Shown here: positions 1-10,775 of the stretch, one piece after another | Layout: each line of letters begins with the position of its first letter | How positions within the stretch are numbered: position 1 is the stretch's first letter | Assembly (NCBI GenBank): GCA_965178125.1 | Contig: OZ237747.1 | Coordinates: forward strand, 372,001-436,000 | Length of the DNA stretch: 64,000 nucleotides | Source of the DNA: Bilabrum cf. latius | Taxonomy: Eukaryota | Direction of reading: 5' to 3' | Notes under the pieces: model-generated | The model's database searches: none | Told to the model about the DNA's origin: nothing | The model's input: only the letters and a program-made list of their open reading frames with translations | Position numbers and translations under genes: made by a program

Positions 1-412
1 GTAGATCTACTTTTATTCGACACTTTGACGAATCAGCCTCTGGCTGCGTTGTACCAGCAACGCCACAGCCGTAGGCGAAAAAGAGTGCAAGGTGGGGGCA
101 CCTCTCAGTCGCCCTTATCAGTGCTACTGCCAGTGGACTCGACCTGCCTCGCCCCAGCCTTAGAGCCTTTAGGTTCCACGGGCCCTCGCACCGTCAGCAC
201 CTGCCCTTCGGCACACAGCCCTCCCAGATCCACCGACTGCGATCGGCTGTCCGCCAGCAGACCGTTGAGCACTGGTTCCCCATTGTGAGGTGGCCGCGCA
301 CCACCCCACAGCAAACCCCCTTCACTCCATTCCTCTCACCCCCCACATCTTCACTCCTCTCACCCACCCCCCCGACGGCGGGGGCCGCAACCGCGCTCCA
401 GCTTGGAGCACA

Positions 413-672
413 CACACTTTTGGTCAAGAAGTCCGCCTTATTCCAGCCGAATACTCTGCAATTTGATTAGAAACCTTTTTGCATTAGCAGATGCGGGTGC
501 TTTGTAGCAAGGTAGGCATAGCGCTTGCTATACTATCTGGACTCGCGCGCGGCTCTGCAACCGTGACACGAGTCGACATTGGCACGACTAGCAGTGGAAT
601 AAGCATGCTGGCTGATACAATTGATACCGTAGGATCTGAGCTCGGTAGTCTGGCTCGCGAGCTAGTTCTCAC
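413..672 (+). repeat. Copy 1 of a ~250-bp direct duplication: promoter-proximal DNA plus the first ~60 codons of the 1458..5996 gene (truncated copy)
   Basis: Near-identical to 1392..1639 (cacacttt.ggtcaagaagtccgcc...gctcgcgagctagttc). It encodes the same MRVLCSKVGIALAILSG... peptide and diverges after ELV. Confidence 0.9.
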
Positions 673-689
673 GGCGTAGCTCGTCCTCG

Positions 690-1272
690 TCATCGATCAG
701 CCCCTGCTCTGCTCGCAGCTTCCAGAGCATCATCATCACCAATCTGGTTCTCAAAATCACTTCCAATTTCATCTGGGTACATGCTTGGTTCCACTGGAAA
801 GTCAGCACAACTCGAGAAAGGGCGTCGGAGCTTGTCACACATACCGATCTTCGAAACTGCGATGTAGACTTCGCGGTCACATCGGGCCATTGCCTCAACT
901 AAAAAGCTTTTTTGGGGTGGTAGCCCCGTCTTCCTGTCGTCACTGCAAGCCTTCAACACCGCGAAGAGCCGCTCCACCTCGGCACGAGAGCGGCAGCATT
1001 AGGATGATCCGAACCATCTTAATCGCCGTCTGCATATTGCTGGCATTCTGCTTTGAGAATCTTCGCCTTACCTTGCCTACTACTCGAACTGGCCCTGCTG
1101 AAGCACTACTTTTTTTTCGAGATGACGCCACGATCACTGCCAACATAAGCCGCTCGGCCTCCAGCCTAAATGGCTCATCCTTGAATTTGTCGGCCTGCAA
1201 ATCTCCCCCTAAGCGACTAGTACACCGATTTAGATTTCTTCTTCTTGGTTTTCTACTGCTTCGGCTCTGCAT
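690..1272 (-). mobile_element. Degenerate hAT-family transposase C-terminal (dimerisation-domain-like) fragment
   Basis: Two minus-strand frames join across a frameshift at ~980-990 to give KQNASNMQTAIKMVRIILMLPLS / AEVERLFAVLK. This resembles the hAT C-terminal consensus L..LARI.L..P.SSA..ER.FS. No terminal inverted repeats identified. Confidence 0.55.
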
Positions 1273-1391
1273 CGATGGACCCCCTTTGGGCTAGGGGTCC
1301 CCTTTTGTTGATGAGACACCCCCCCGTGCTCAACCCCTTGGCCGGGCGGGGTCCGCCGCCCATTTTCCATTTTCCGTTAGGTCATTTTGGG

Positions 1392-1639
1392 CACACTTTC
1401 GGTCAAGAAGTCCGCCTTATTCCAGCCGAATACTCTGCAATACTTTTGCATTAGCAGATGCGGGTGCTTTGTAGCAAGGTAGGCATAGCGCTTGCTATAC
1501 TATCTGGACTCGCGCGCGGCTCTGCAACCGTGACACGAGTCGACATTGGCACGACTAGCAGTGGAATAAGCATGCTGGCTGATACAATTGATACCGTAGG
1601 ATCTGAGCTCGGTAGTCTGGCTCGCGAGCTAGTTCGCAC
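1392..1639 (+). repeat. Copy 2 of the direct duplication (the intact gene start)
   Basis: Matches 413..672. Confidence 0.9.
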
Positions 1640-4600
1640 TCCTCAGGGAGTATTCTTTGACGCATACAGCACTGCTGGGGGGCGTGAGGTTCACATGGCG
1701 ACGTGTAACGACAGCACAAATGTCCCGGCAGCTCATGTAACCCCTGTAGAGCTAAATCCGGGCTTGTTTGGAGGCATTGCACCCGACATGTCCCCTTCCC
1801 TTGTCGCCTCGCCGTCGCTTCAGCTGATAGCGTACTCTGGTACTCGCAAGGGCAAACGGTGGCCGGCCGTGATCAACACAAGCGACTCGAATTCTGTTGG
1901 CTTTATCGGCGACAATCATTTCGGCGAGGGCGATTTTCCTGCTTCGACGGTTTCGGCCCCCCGTTTCGTTGGACGCAGCTCCAGAGGGTACGCTGCGGAA
2001 ATCACGTTGGTGTGGCTTTCAGACGATGTCCTGTGCTTCGCGGACGAACTAGAGGATCTCGGTCAGGGCGCAGGAAAGTGGGGAATATGGTGCTGGGATC
2101 AGCGTCTTCCGGCGGGGGCGCAGCTCGTCTTCATCAATGGGTCTACTACGAGCAGAGTGCCGCCCCAGTTCCGGTACGGCCAGGCAGGTTGGGGATGTGG
2201 TGTAACCGCCCCCGAGGGTCCCCATGGAGCCGAGCCTGCCTGTTTTGACATGCGGATTCCATAGTCCACGAACTATTCCCAGATGCGTATGCTGATCGAC
2301 TTTGACGGCGGCAGCGGGGACAGCATTAAAAGCGGTAGTCGCGAAGGCCCCCGGACGGAGGTCAGCGTCGAGGATGTCGTGTGCTACTACACCTCTCATA
2401 ACGGCAATCGCCTCAATTGCTACCGCTTCTCCTTGGGAGCCTGGGTGGAGTCTGGAACAATGTCCGCCCAGCTGAACGCGGGGCCGATACCTGGCAAGAG
2501 GTCGATCCTCATCCGAATTTCCAGCAGGAGGGCTCAAGTACTCGACATGGAGAACATGGTGGCTCGGTCCCCGACCTGGAACTCTCCAAGTCTTCCAGAT
2601 GACTCGGTTCCACATGCGTCGAATAATTTTGCGAAGCACTTCACGGCAGCGAATGTTGGGATCGCAGGATTCGATCAGTACTACGCCCCGGAGCAAAAAT
2701 TGTATACTCTCCTCATGGCGGTCGATCCTCACACGGGCACCACTTACCCGCTTGAATCGTTTCCGAGATCCATTAGTGTGTACCAGTAGAGCATTGTGTC
2801 TGCGGACGAAGTGGTTCTGGCCAGCTCTCACGTGAGCCCAGGTGACAGCGGGTTGGTCCTTTTTGACTTCTCAGCCTTGCCAAATGTTACTAGCAACGCC
2901 ATTTTGGGCACGGTAGGCTCTGGCAAGATGTGGACAGAGCTGCATGCGCTCGGCAGTGGCAGTGGCGCGGCAGGATCTGGACGGCAGGCGACGGCAGCAA
3001 TTCACTCCAGCATAGGAAGCGACAAGGCGCTGTTCTACTGGAATGGGGATCTGGCTTCTAGCATTGTTGAAGTTACGGCACTAGTATCCAGACTCCCTGG
3101 CATCATGCTGCTGCCAAACTGCGACATGTCCACCCTGTTGTATATCGACGCGCCGCATGACGGGCAAGTGAGTTCGTATGAGCTCATGGTCAGCCACGTC
3201 CCGCGAAACGCGCCAGTGGACGCCTCACCCAGGTACGAGAAGCTGAACGATTTCACTAAAGACTCAAACGTCAGGCTCCACGAGTCGTTCTCCGTAAGTC
3301 GAAGCAATGGTGGTGGAGTCTGCTTCATCAACTCGGTCTTTGACAGCTGGAGTCAGATCTACATGACTGCCACGCTCAGCTGCGTGAGATCTTCGCAGCC
3401 CACGGTACTCGAATCGGTGTGGGACTACCCCGATGACCCGAGAAACACTGGAGACTATAGCGTGGACGTACAGCGTACCAAAACCGACACTGTGGTGACA
3501 ATGAGGGGCGACGGAGGTTTCCTTGTACTGCTGCAAAGTTCAACCGCAGTGCACGACGGCAGCGCGCACAAGCCGTACGACCCGTTTGCTACGAACGCGC
3601 AACCAGTCGGGGCGCTTGCAGCCGATCCTAATGAGGTCGTGAGCTTTGGTGGCCTGTCAAAAGCATGCGCTGCTGCTACTGCGTTCACTTGGAACAACCC
3701 TTAGCACAAGATGCTGTACATGGACTTCTCATCGGGTGACAGCGCCGTGTTTGACCCCAGTTCAGGCAGTGCCGACCCAATGACGAAGGTTGTTGGTGTA
3801 GCCACCGATACAGTGTGCGTGTTTCTCTCGCGCGAGAACGCGGCCAACTACACCCTATGGACTTGGGAGGCGGCCACTGCTACTTCGGCGAATCCGGTAC
3901 CGCACGCCATGCCTTTGCTTGAGGAGATTACTTCTGTTCACCAACAGCCTGGTCACCCATTCTTTGCCATCTCCGGGTTGCGCAATGGAGGGACCGAGAG
4001 CGTGTGCTTCGGCGTAGCAGTAGATCCGGCGACTGGGGCTGTGACTGTCGGTGCCGAGTGGGATGGACAGGCTGGGCTCGTTTCGACGAACTCAAGCGGC
4101 GTGTCAAAACCTGCGGACATGCAAGTCGCACGGACGTCCAGATCACTCCCAGCAGGCATCCAGCTGCATGAAGGCTAGGATTTCCTCGACGGTGCGGCAG
4201 CTACTCCGCCTCCGTCACTTCGAGAACTCGGGTCTCCGAACGTCACCGGGGTTATTGGCATGGTACAAGCCAGCATGCAGCTCGTGGTGGAAGCCGAGTT
4301 CCCGAATGGAACCCACACACTGATGACTTGGCCCTCGAGGTTTTCGTCTGCAGGCCGCATGCCAGCGTTCGTCCCACATGACGCAAACCTAGGTCCGAAC
4401 GGGGGAAGGGCAAGAAGAGTACAGGCAGTGAACCCAGACAACGACACACTTTGCTTCGTAAACGATGGTATCGCAACCGAGAGTAGCCTAGGCACCGAGG
4501 TAGCTTGCGTGATCGATAACGATCGAATCCAGGAGGCATTCGTGTTGGGCGATTTTGCGGAAGGTACTAATGACGTACGCGGCCTGGTCAACAGATGGGA

Positions 4601-5996
4601 CGGACAGCCAGGCGTGGCTGCTGGAGTAAAATCGCTACAATTTGGGTACGAGCCTACCATGTTCCAGTGGATCCTGCCTTCCGCGAGCCCATCGCCCACT
4701 CCATCCATGTCGTCAACGCCCACTCCGTCTGTGTCGGGAACACCCACCCCATCCAGCAGCCCGAGCAACAGCCCCACCCCCAGTGTGTCTGCAAGCGTCA
4801 GCAGCAGCCCGTCCACGTCGCCCACTGCGAGCGTCAGCAGCAGCCCGTCCACGTCGCCCACTGCGAGCGTCAGCAGCAGCCCGTCCACGTCGCCCACTGC
4901 GAGCGTCAGCAGCAGCCCGTCCACGTCGCCCTCTGCGAGCGTCAGCAGCAGCCCGTCCACGTCCAGCAGCCCCACCCCCAGTTTGTCGGCAACACCGGTG
5001 AGGCGAAGCATGCTAGGCTGCAGTCGTTTCACCGGTATCCCATCTTTTTCACGCACTCATTTTTTTCCCGCCCCCACATTCATTCTTGGACCCCGCAGAC
5101 ATCTACTGCATCTACGACACCCTCACCCGTGAGAAGAAACACCTGCCTTCATGCCATGATCCAGAGCTAGCTGCTCGGGGCAAGCTGCGGCAACCAGTCT
5201 TGCGACCCCAACCCCACAACTTCTGCCAATTCCCGCGTATCTAGCTTCTCAATCCGCGCAGTCGAGCCCCGTCAGTGGTGCACAGCCATCCAGCAGTCCC
5301 TCTTCTAGCGGCGGAACGGGAGACCCCACGACCAGGAGAAGGCGCAGGGGGAAGTCAGCCCCAAGCCCAGAGAATACTTCGGCCGCGACGTGCACCGACG
5401 CCCTGACCCAAGAGGCTGCCACCGCACCGGTGCTCGTGCAGTCCACCGTGACTGTGTCCGGCAGTGCCCCCAGTGACGTGGGATGTGCGAAAGCGGAGGC
5501 CTTCGTCTCCGCTGCAGTAGCTCCCGCCGGCCGAGAAGCCGATGACGCAGTCTTCTGGCTAGAACTAAGTTAGGACGAGGTAAGCACAATCCTCGTCATC
5601 CAGCTGCCCGCCGACTCAGTTGACGAGGCGGAGGACCTGCTGCAGCGCATCGAAGCGCAGCTGAGCAACGCTACAGCGCTAGCTGTGCTCGCGGATGGCA
5701 CAGGGGGCACGGCAGCGTACTCGAACGATGCGAACGTGGTGGACTCGCCCTACATCGAGATGAACTCTGGCGATGACGACAGCGACGGCCTGCCTCTGTG
5801 GGTGATTGTAGTCGTCGTGCTGGTGGCAGTGGCCACGATGACTGGGGTCGCGGTCATGTGCTGCTGTGGCTGGTGTGCATGCCTGCTCGGCAGAAGGCGC
5901 AAGAAGGAGGAGGAGCAGGATGAGGTGAAGAAGGAGGGCAGCACGAGCAAGGATGCAAGCATCACGGCTCGTGTGCAAGCTGCAGACCAGGTCTGA
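1458..5996 (+). CDS. Large type I membrane/cell-surface protein: signal peptide, beta-rich ectodomain, Ser/Pro/Thr stalk, one TM helix, short tail
   Basis: ORFs 1458, 2283, 2796, 3711 and 4260 share one frame and are separated only by TAG (2262, 2787, 3702, 4176); another TAG lies at 5571. Intron 4998..5098 (GTGAG..GCAG) and probable intron 5129..5261. TM segment LPLWVIVVVVLVAVATMTGVAVMCC followed by RRRKK. Ends in TGA. Confidence 0.8.
4791..4970 (+). repeat. Coding 36-bp tandem repeat (ASVSSSPSTSPT) x ~4-5, mucin-like stalk
   Basis: Unit gcgagcgtcagcagcagcccgtccacgtcgcccact repeated head to tail. Confidence 0.9.
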
Positions 5997-6448
5997 GGCG
6001 CTGGCCACGCGCCGGTCGCTCCTGCTCTTGCGTAGTCTACTGGTCCGGGTGGGAGCACTTGGAAGCGCCTTGCTGGGTTTCGCTGGCGATCGCACTGCGA
6101 CCGATGGACAGGTGCAGAGGTTGGGTGACACTAGCCGACGCCCTCCTTGGCCATGGCGGAGAGGTCCATGTGCTCTTGACCGGTCAAGGTTCACGCACAT
6201 GTACAGCAATTCCAGGTCTGATTGAGTCGAGAGACTAGGTTCGCATGCACAATCGCATTTATCACTTCGTGACATCCATGAGCACCACATCTCTCAAGAC
6301 CTTGCTCTTTGCCCGGCTATCCAATGGAATTCACAGCAGAACCTTACAAACATCCTTGATAATAGCACCGGACAAACCTGGTATGGAATTATATCATGCT
6401 TCCGTGCCCTCCAGCCCGCCACGCCAAGCCAACAGTGGGCTAGTAGTC

Positions 6449-7930
6449 TCAGCTTCCGGCGCAATGCGATCCAGCCTCCTTGCATGGGTAGGGGCACATC
6501 ACGCGAGCTGTGCTCTGCGTCCCCTCGGGATCATCCAGCCAGTGCCCCACGGCCTCGGACTCGGACACACCCTGGATGCTCACCCCGTTAATCTGCCAGT
6601 AGCTCCCGTCCGTCTGGCAGTGACCGTTGCACGAAGTGATGAACGCGCTGTGGCGGGGACCTCCAGCAGATGGGTGAAGCACTGGATCAAGCACCCCGAG
6701 GTACCTGTCATGGTAGCCCTGAATGAGCTGCAGCTGCGTGGCATTGCAGTCCTAAAAGTTCCGGTTGCACTTGGCAAAGGCCGGCAGCAGGTTGCCAGCA
6801 TCGTCCACGGTGAACACGTTGTCGAGCTGCCACTGGTCGTACCTGCGAGCGATGCATTTGGGCAGAGAGGGATGCGTTTGGGTGTGATTAATGGCGTCGG
6901 CAGCTCCCGCCGCGATCAGAGCGCAATAGAGATCGCAATAGAGATCGGGCCCGTCCCCGTCCCCATGGTTCTCACCCACTGTTGAGAGCAAAGATCGGCG
7001 TGTGCAGGTGCGGCACCGTGTACTGGGCCATGTAGCACTGCCACTCGTCCGGAGTGCCTTTCTTGGCTGCCATGCAGGAGGCATCCACGCCCCCGGTAGC
7101 GTTGTTCTGCTCGTACACCCACTGGAACATGGTCCGGATCCAGTGCTCGCCGCCCAGGTTTGCCATATCGGGAAAGTAACCCGCGTCTGCGATGCACTGG
7201 GTCCTGGCGTTGCTGTTCAGTCCGTGCACGTAATCCGCGAACTCATCGCAGTGAAGATACGTCGCCAATCCTCCCGCCGAGCAGCCGGCCAGCACGGGGC
7301 GGGCGTACTTGGCCAGGTCGTATTCGTTCTTGAGCGTGTCCAGGATGGCCTCTAGGATCTTGTGTCCCTTGAAATGCAGCTGGGTGCCGTTGTAGATCGT
7401 CTCTGTCATATTGTTTCCGGCGAAGGACCCCCTGCAGTGGTATAGAAATGTAATAGTTGCAAATGTACAGAGTCGCGATGGAAAGTGTCTTTGGCAGTCG
7501 CAACCTACAAAGAGCGAAAGCTTGGCGCACGCAACGCTTACCCGTCGCAATATCGTGCATAAACCATTCGTGCCTTGTACAACTCGCCCCCCGGGTTCAG
7601 AGTAGCGTTGCTGCTTAGCATGCCGTTCCCGCCTTCATAGCTCGGCGACCACTTAGACGGGTAACTCTTCGAGCTGCCAAGCTGTCCCAAACTTCGCCCA
7701 AATGCCGCCTCAATGCTTCTTGCCCAGCCTCCACCTTCAAAAAAGAGCACAAAGTGGTCTGTATTGGCCTCTCCTGGCCAAACATAGAATGCTCCGGGCG
7801 ATCCATCGAGGCATTTAGCTTCAGGGTACTTCACGAGGTCGAGCTTGTGAAGCGTAAAGAGCTACTCCGCCGCAGTACTAGTAAATAATTGTACTAATAC
7901 CATACCTAGTACTAAATGTCCACCCTTCAT
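6449..7930 (-). CDS. Pectin acetylesterase/Notum-family secreted esterase
   Basis: Motifs CLDGSP, FEGGGW, RYCDGGSFAG, GCSAGG (nucleophile) and NSGYDQWQ. Signal peptide MKGGHLVLGMVLVQLFTSTAA. Intron 7432..7541 and a second at ~6843..6975. In-frame TAG at ~7862 and 6752. Ends in TGA. Confidence 0.88.
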
Positions 7931-8020
7931 CGCAAGATACACAAAAACCTGAGTGGAATTGATGCAGCGGAACCTTGCATACTTGGATATGCGCGGCGCC
8001 GTGGTTCAGGCTCGTTGGAA

Positions 8021-10381
8021 CAAGTCTTGAAGGGACGCTTGGAAGAGACGGTGGTTCAGGCTTTTCGCCTGGCCTACCTGGACCCAATCAGTGCGCGCGC
8101 ACTGTTTGCCCGGTGCGTTGTGCCGGCGTGGACGCACGTGCACAGGAGCGGGTGCCTCTTGCCCGAGCTCAAGGACGGGGTGACACCCCATTTGAAGGAG
8201 GTGTAGGGAGCGTTTCTGGAGTTCCTGACAGGGATGCGTGTAAGCGCTCTCTCGCAGGCCCAGAGACAGGTGTTGGACGTGCTGGGTCCGCTATCCGTTG
8301 CCCGTGGGGGCCTCGGAGTGGGGCTCGTGCCTGCCGATTTAACCCGGGAGGCAATGTGCGTCGGGGGGTTGTTGGATGTGTGGCCCTGGTTGGCGAGGGT
8401 AGCACGCGACTTCAACCTGCCACACCTGCAGGTGGCGCTCAACCAGTGGGACCCGGCGGAGGAGGTCGGGGAAGGTGCGGCGGCAGGTGCCGGGGAGGCA
8501 CCCCCTCTGCTGAACCCACTGCGAGGGCGCACCGCGCGCCTGAACTCCCTTGTGGACACTGTGATGACCGCAATCTCGAAGTACGGGAGACTCGTACAAG
8601 AGGGGAAGCAAGACAATTTCGGGATGGCTGGTTTCCCGAGTCCGTTGCTTCCACTTGTTCCGGAGGCTGACGTCCCCCCACGCTATGGTATGGTGTGGGA
8701 CACAGCCCGCACTTCGGAACTCCTGGGCAGCCCAGCCGAGAAGGCAGCCCGTATGGAGCTGTGCGGTGGGGCCACTGAACCCTGGCGCCTGGAGGTGAAG
8801 GACCTTCGGGCATGGGTGACGAGGCAGCTGGCTGGGGAGCAGCCGGCACCCACCGCATCGCAGGCGGTTATTCGTTTTCTCGAAGGTGCCGCAGGAGGGC
8901 ACAACCAGAGCCATGTGACGGCACTGGCTGAGCGAGTGCAGGTGGAGAGGCTCCTCTGGGATGCCTCATCTCCGCTTGCGCACGACAGACTCGCTCCAGT
9001 CGATGCAGTCACCAGAGAGTACGCAGGAGTGGCGCGAGCCACAATCCGCGCCGCCAGGTCCCAAGGAGCCGGGTCTTGGCTGCATGCGCCGCTCTCTGTC
9101 CTGAGCCGAGTCCAGCCTGAAGATGCCCGGGGCATGTTCTGCCAGCGCCTCGCCATCCCACAGCCGTGCAGCTGTCCCCCACAACCTCTTGGGGCAACGC
9201 ACGGTGCATGTGGGGAGGCGTGGCGCGTCACGCAGATCTGCCCGGGGTGCCGGAAGCAGGGCAAGGTAGTCGAACTGATCTAGTCAGTTCGCCACGGTGC
9301 CACGTGCAAGGACAAGCGTGTCTGCGGAGGCCTTCCAGGCCGCAGGCACTTCCGGGTGCTCAACGTGCTCGAGCAGGTGGTCCGCGAGGCCACGGGCAGA
9401 CGCCCTATCCGGGAGCCAGAGGGCCAAGTGGCCCGGCTGCCGGGTCGGCGCGGTCCGCTCGTGCCACGAGGCGACCTATTCTTTGAGCACGAGGGGACGG
9501 CTTATCTCATCGATGTCACGGTGGTTGATTCCACTGCGGCAACTTACCGGTGGGACCGCTCGTCGTGGAGGATTGGCAGCGACTGGCAAGAGGGGTCTGC
9601 TCTGCGGGCCGCGCATGCCACGAAGCTGGCCAGCTACGGCAGGCCCGTCGACCTCGGAGCGCTCGGCGTCCGGATCGGAGGAGAAGACAAGTGGTGTCCT
9701 GGGACCGTGAGGACGCAGAAAGGGGCGGTACGCAGTGGCGTGCGGGTCGTACCCTTTGTGGTGGACGTGTTGGGGGGGATCGGGGAGAAGTCGGTCGAGT
9801 TCCTGTAGGTGCTCGATAAGCTGCGGAAGAAGAGGCAGGAGGACAAAGGGCGGCGGGTTCCGACTCGTCCGGCCAACGCGCGCCTCTCGTGGTCTTCCGT
9901 GGCAAAGGCTCGCCTCTCTGTTGCCGCCTAGCACCAGCACGTGCGCGGGGAACAGCGTGTGTACCACACTATGTACTCACGGGTCATGCAGGACCACTCA
10001 AGGATCCTCGATTTTGTCTCGAAGGGATCGAGGAGGGCTGCAGCGAAGGCCAAACGGGCGCTCGCAAGGGCGATCCGAGAGGACTTTGCCAGCCTGGCTG
10101 TAGGGGCAGCCGAAAACAACAACCTCGCCGTGGCGATCGCCAACGTCAAGGCAGGGTTGGCTCAGAACGGGCAGCAGGACGGGGTGCCGGCAGCGGGCGC
10201 CGGAGGGAACGTGAATGCTGACGCTCTCCATGGGGAAATGGGTCCCCAGGGTGGAGCTTAGGTGGTTTAGGCCATTGCAGCTGAAGCGTGAAGTCTGGTA
10301 GGTCCCGGGCCCTCGTTCCAGATGTTTCTTCGTGATAGCGTGCGCTTTTGAGTTGAGTCCACAAAATATCAGATCCCCCCC
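8021..10381 (+). mobile_element. 5'-truncated non-LTR retrotransposon with restriction-like endonuclease (CRE/R2-group-like), flanked by an 11-bp target-site duplication
   Basis: One frame to TGA at 10291 with TAGs at 8204, 9281, 9806, 9929, 10259 and 10268. Contains RT-thumb GGLG, AGSWL, CCHC knuckle CPGC..H...C, RH..V, DLFF...IDVTVV, K..SY and VPFVVDVLGGIG. No RT core (YxDD). GCTCGTTGGAA at 8010-8020 and 10382-10392. Confidence 0.85.
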
Positions 10382-10775
10382 GCTCGTTGGAAGTCTCACA
10401 CGATTGGGACGATACTGACGTTTCATGGAGCCAGTCGCCGGTAATAGTATTTTACCGCAACAGTTGACGCCCGAAACACAATCGTCTCGTTCTCACTCTG
10501 TCAAAGTGCACCGTACGCCCGGCAAGTTTCGGGATTTCACGAAAGACGATGCGGCCCTCAGGAGCAAGAACGGAGACTGCGACAACCGTCGGGGCGCAAT
10601 AGAATCGCAATAGCCAGTGCGGCGGACTCCTATTCGTGTGTCCCATCTGGAAGACACAGACCGGCCAGCTGTGACTGCGGCTGGTCACGCCAGTTCGTCT
10701 GAAGTAATAGAACCTGCCTAGGTGCCTGCAACCCATGAATCGAAGCGGTCATAGATTTTGAAGCCTGGCTCTGGA

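Noticed and set aside
491-1294. Chimeric ORF from the duplicated gene start reading through TAG into ORF 785..1294
   Set aside because: The downstream part is antisense to the transposase remnant and has no protein-like motifs, so it is likely incidental.
7916-8020. ATG at 7916 as the start of the retroelement ORF
   Set aside because: It lies outside the left TSD and overlaps the esterase start on the other strand. The in-frame fusion is probably fortuitous, and the element lacks its RT core.
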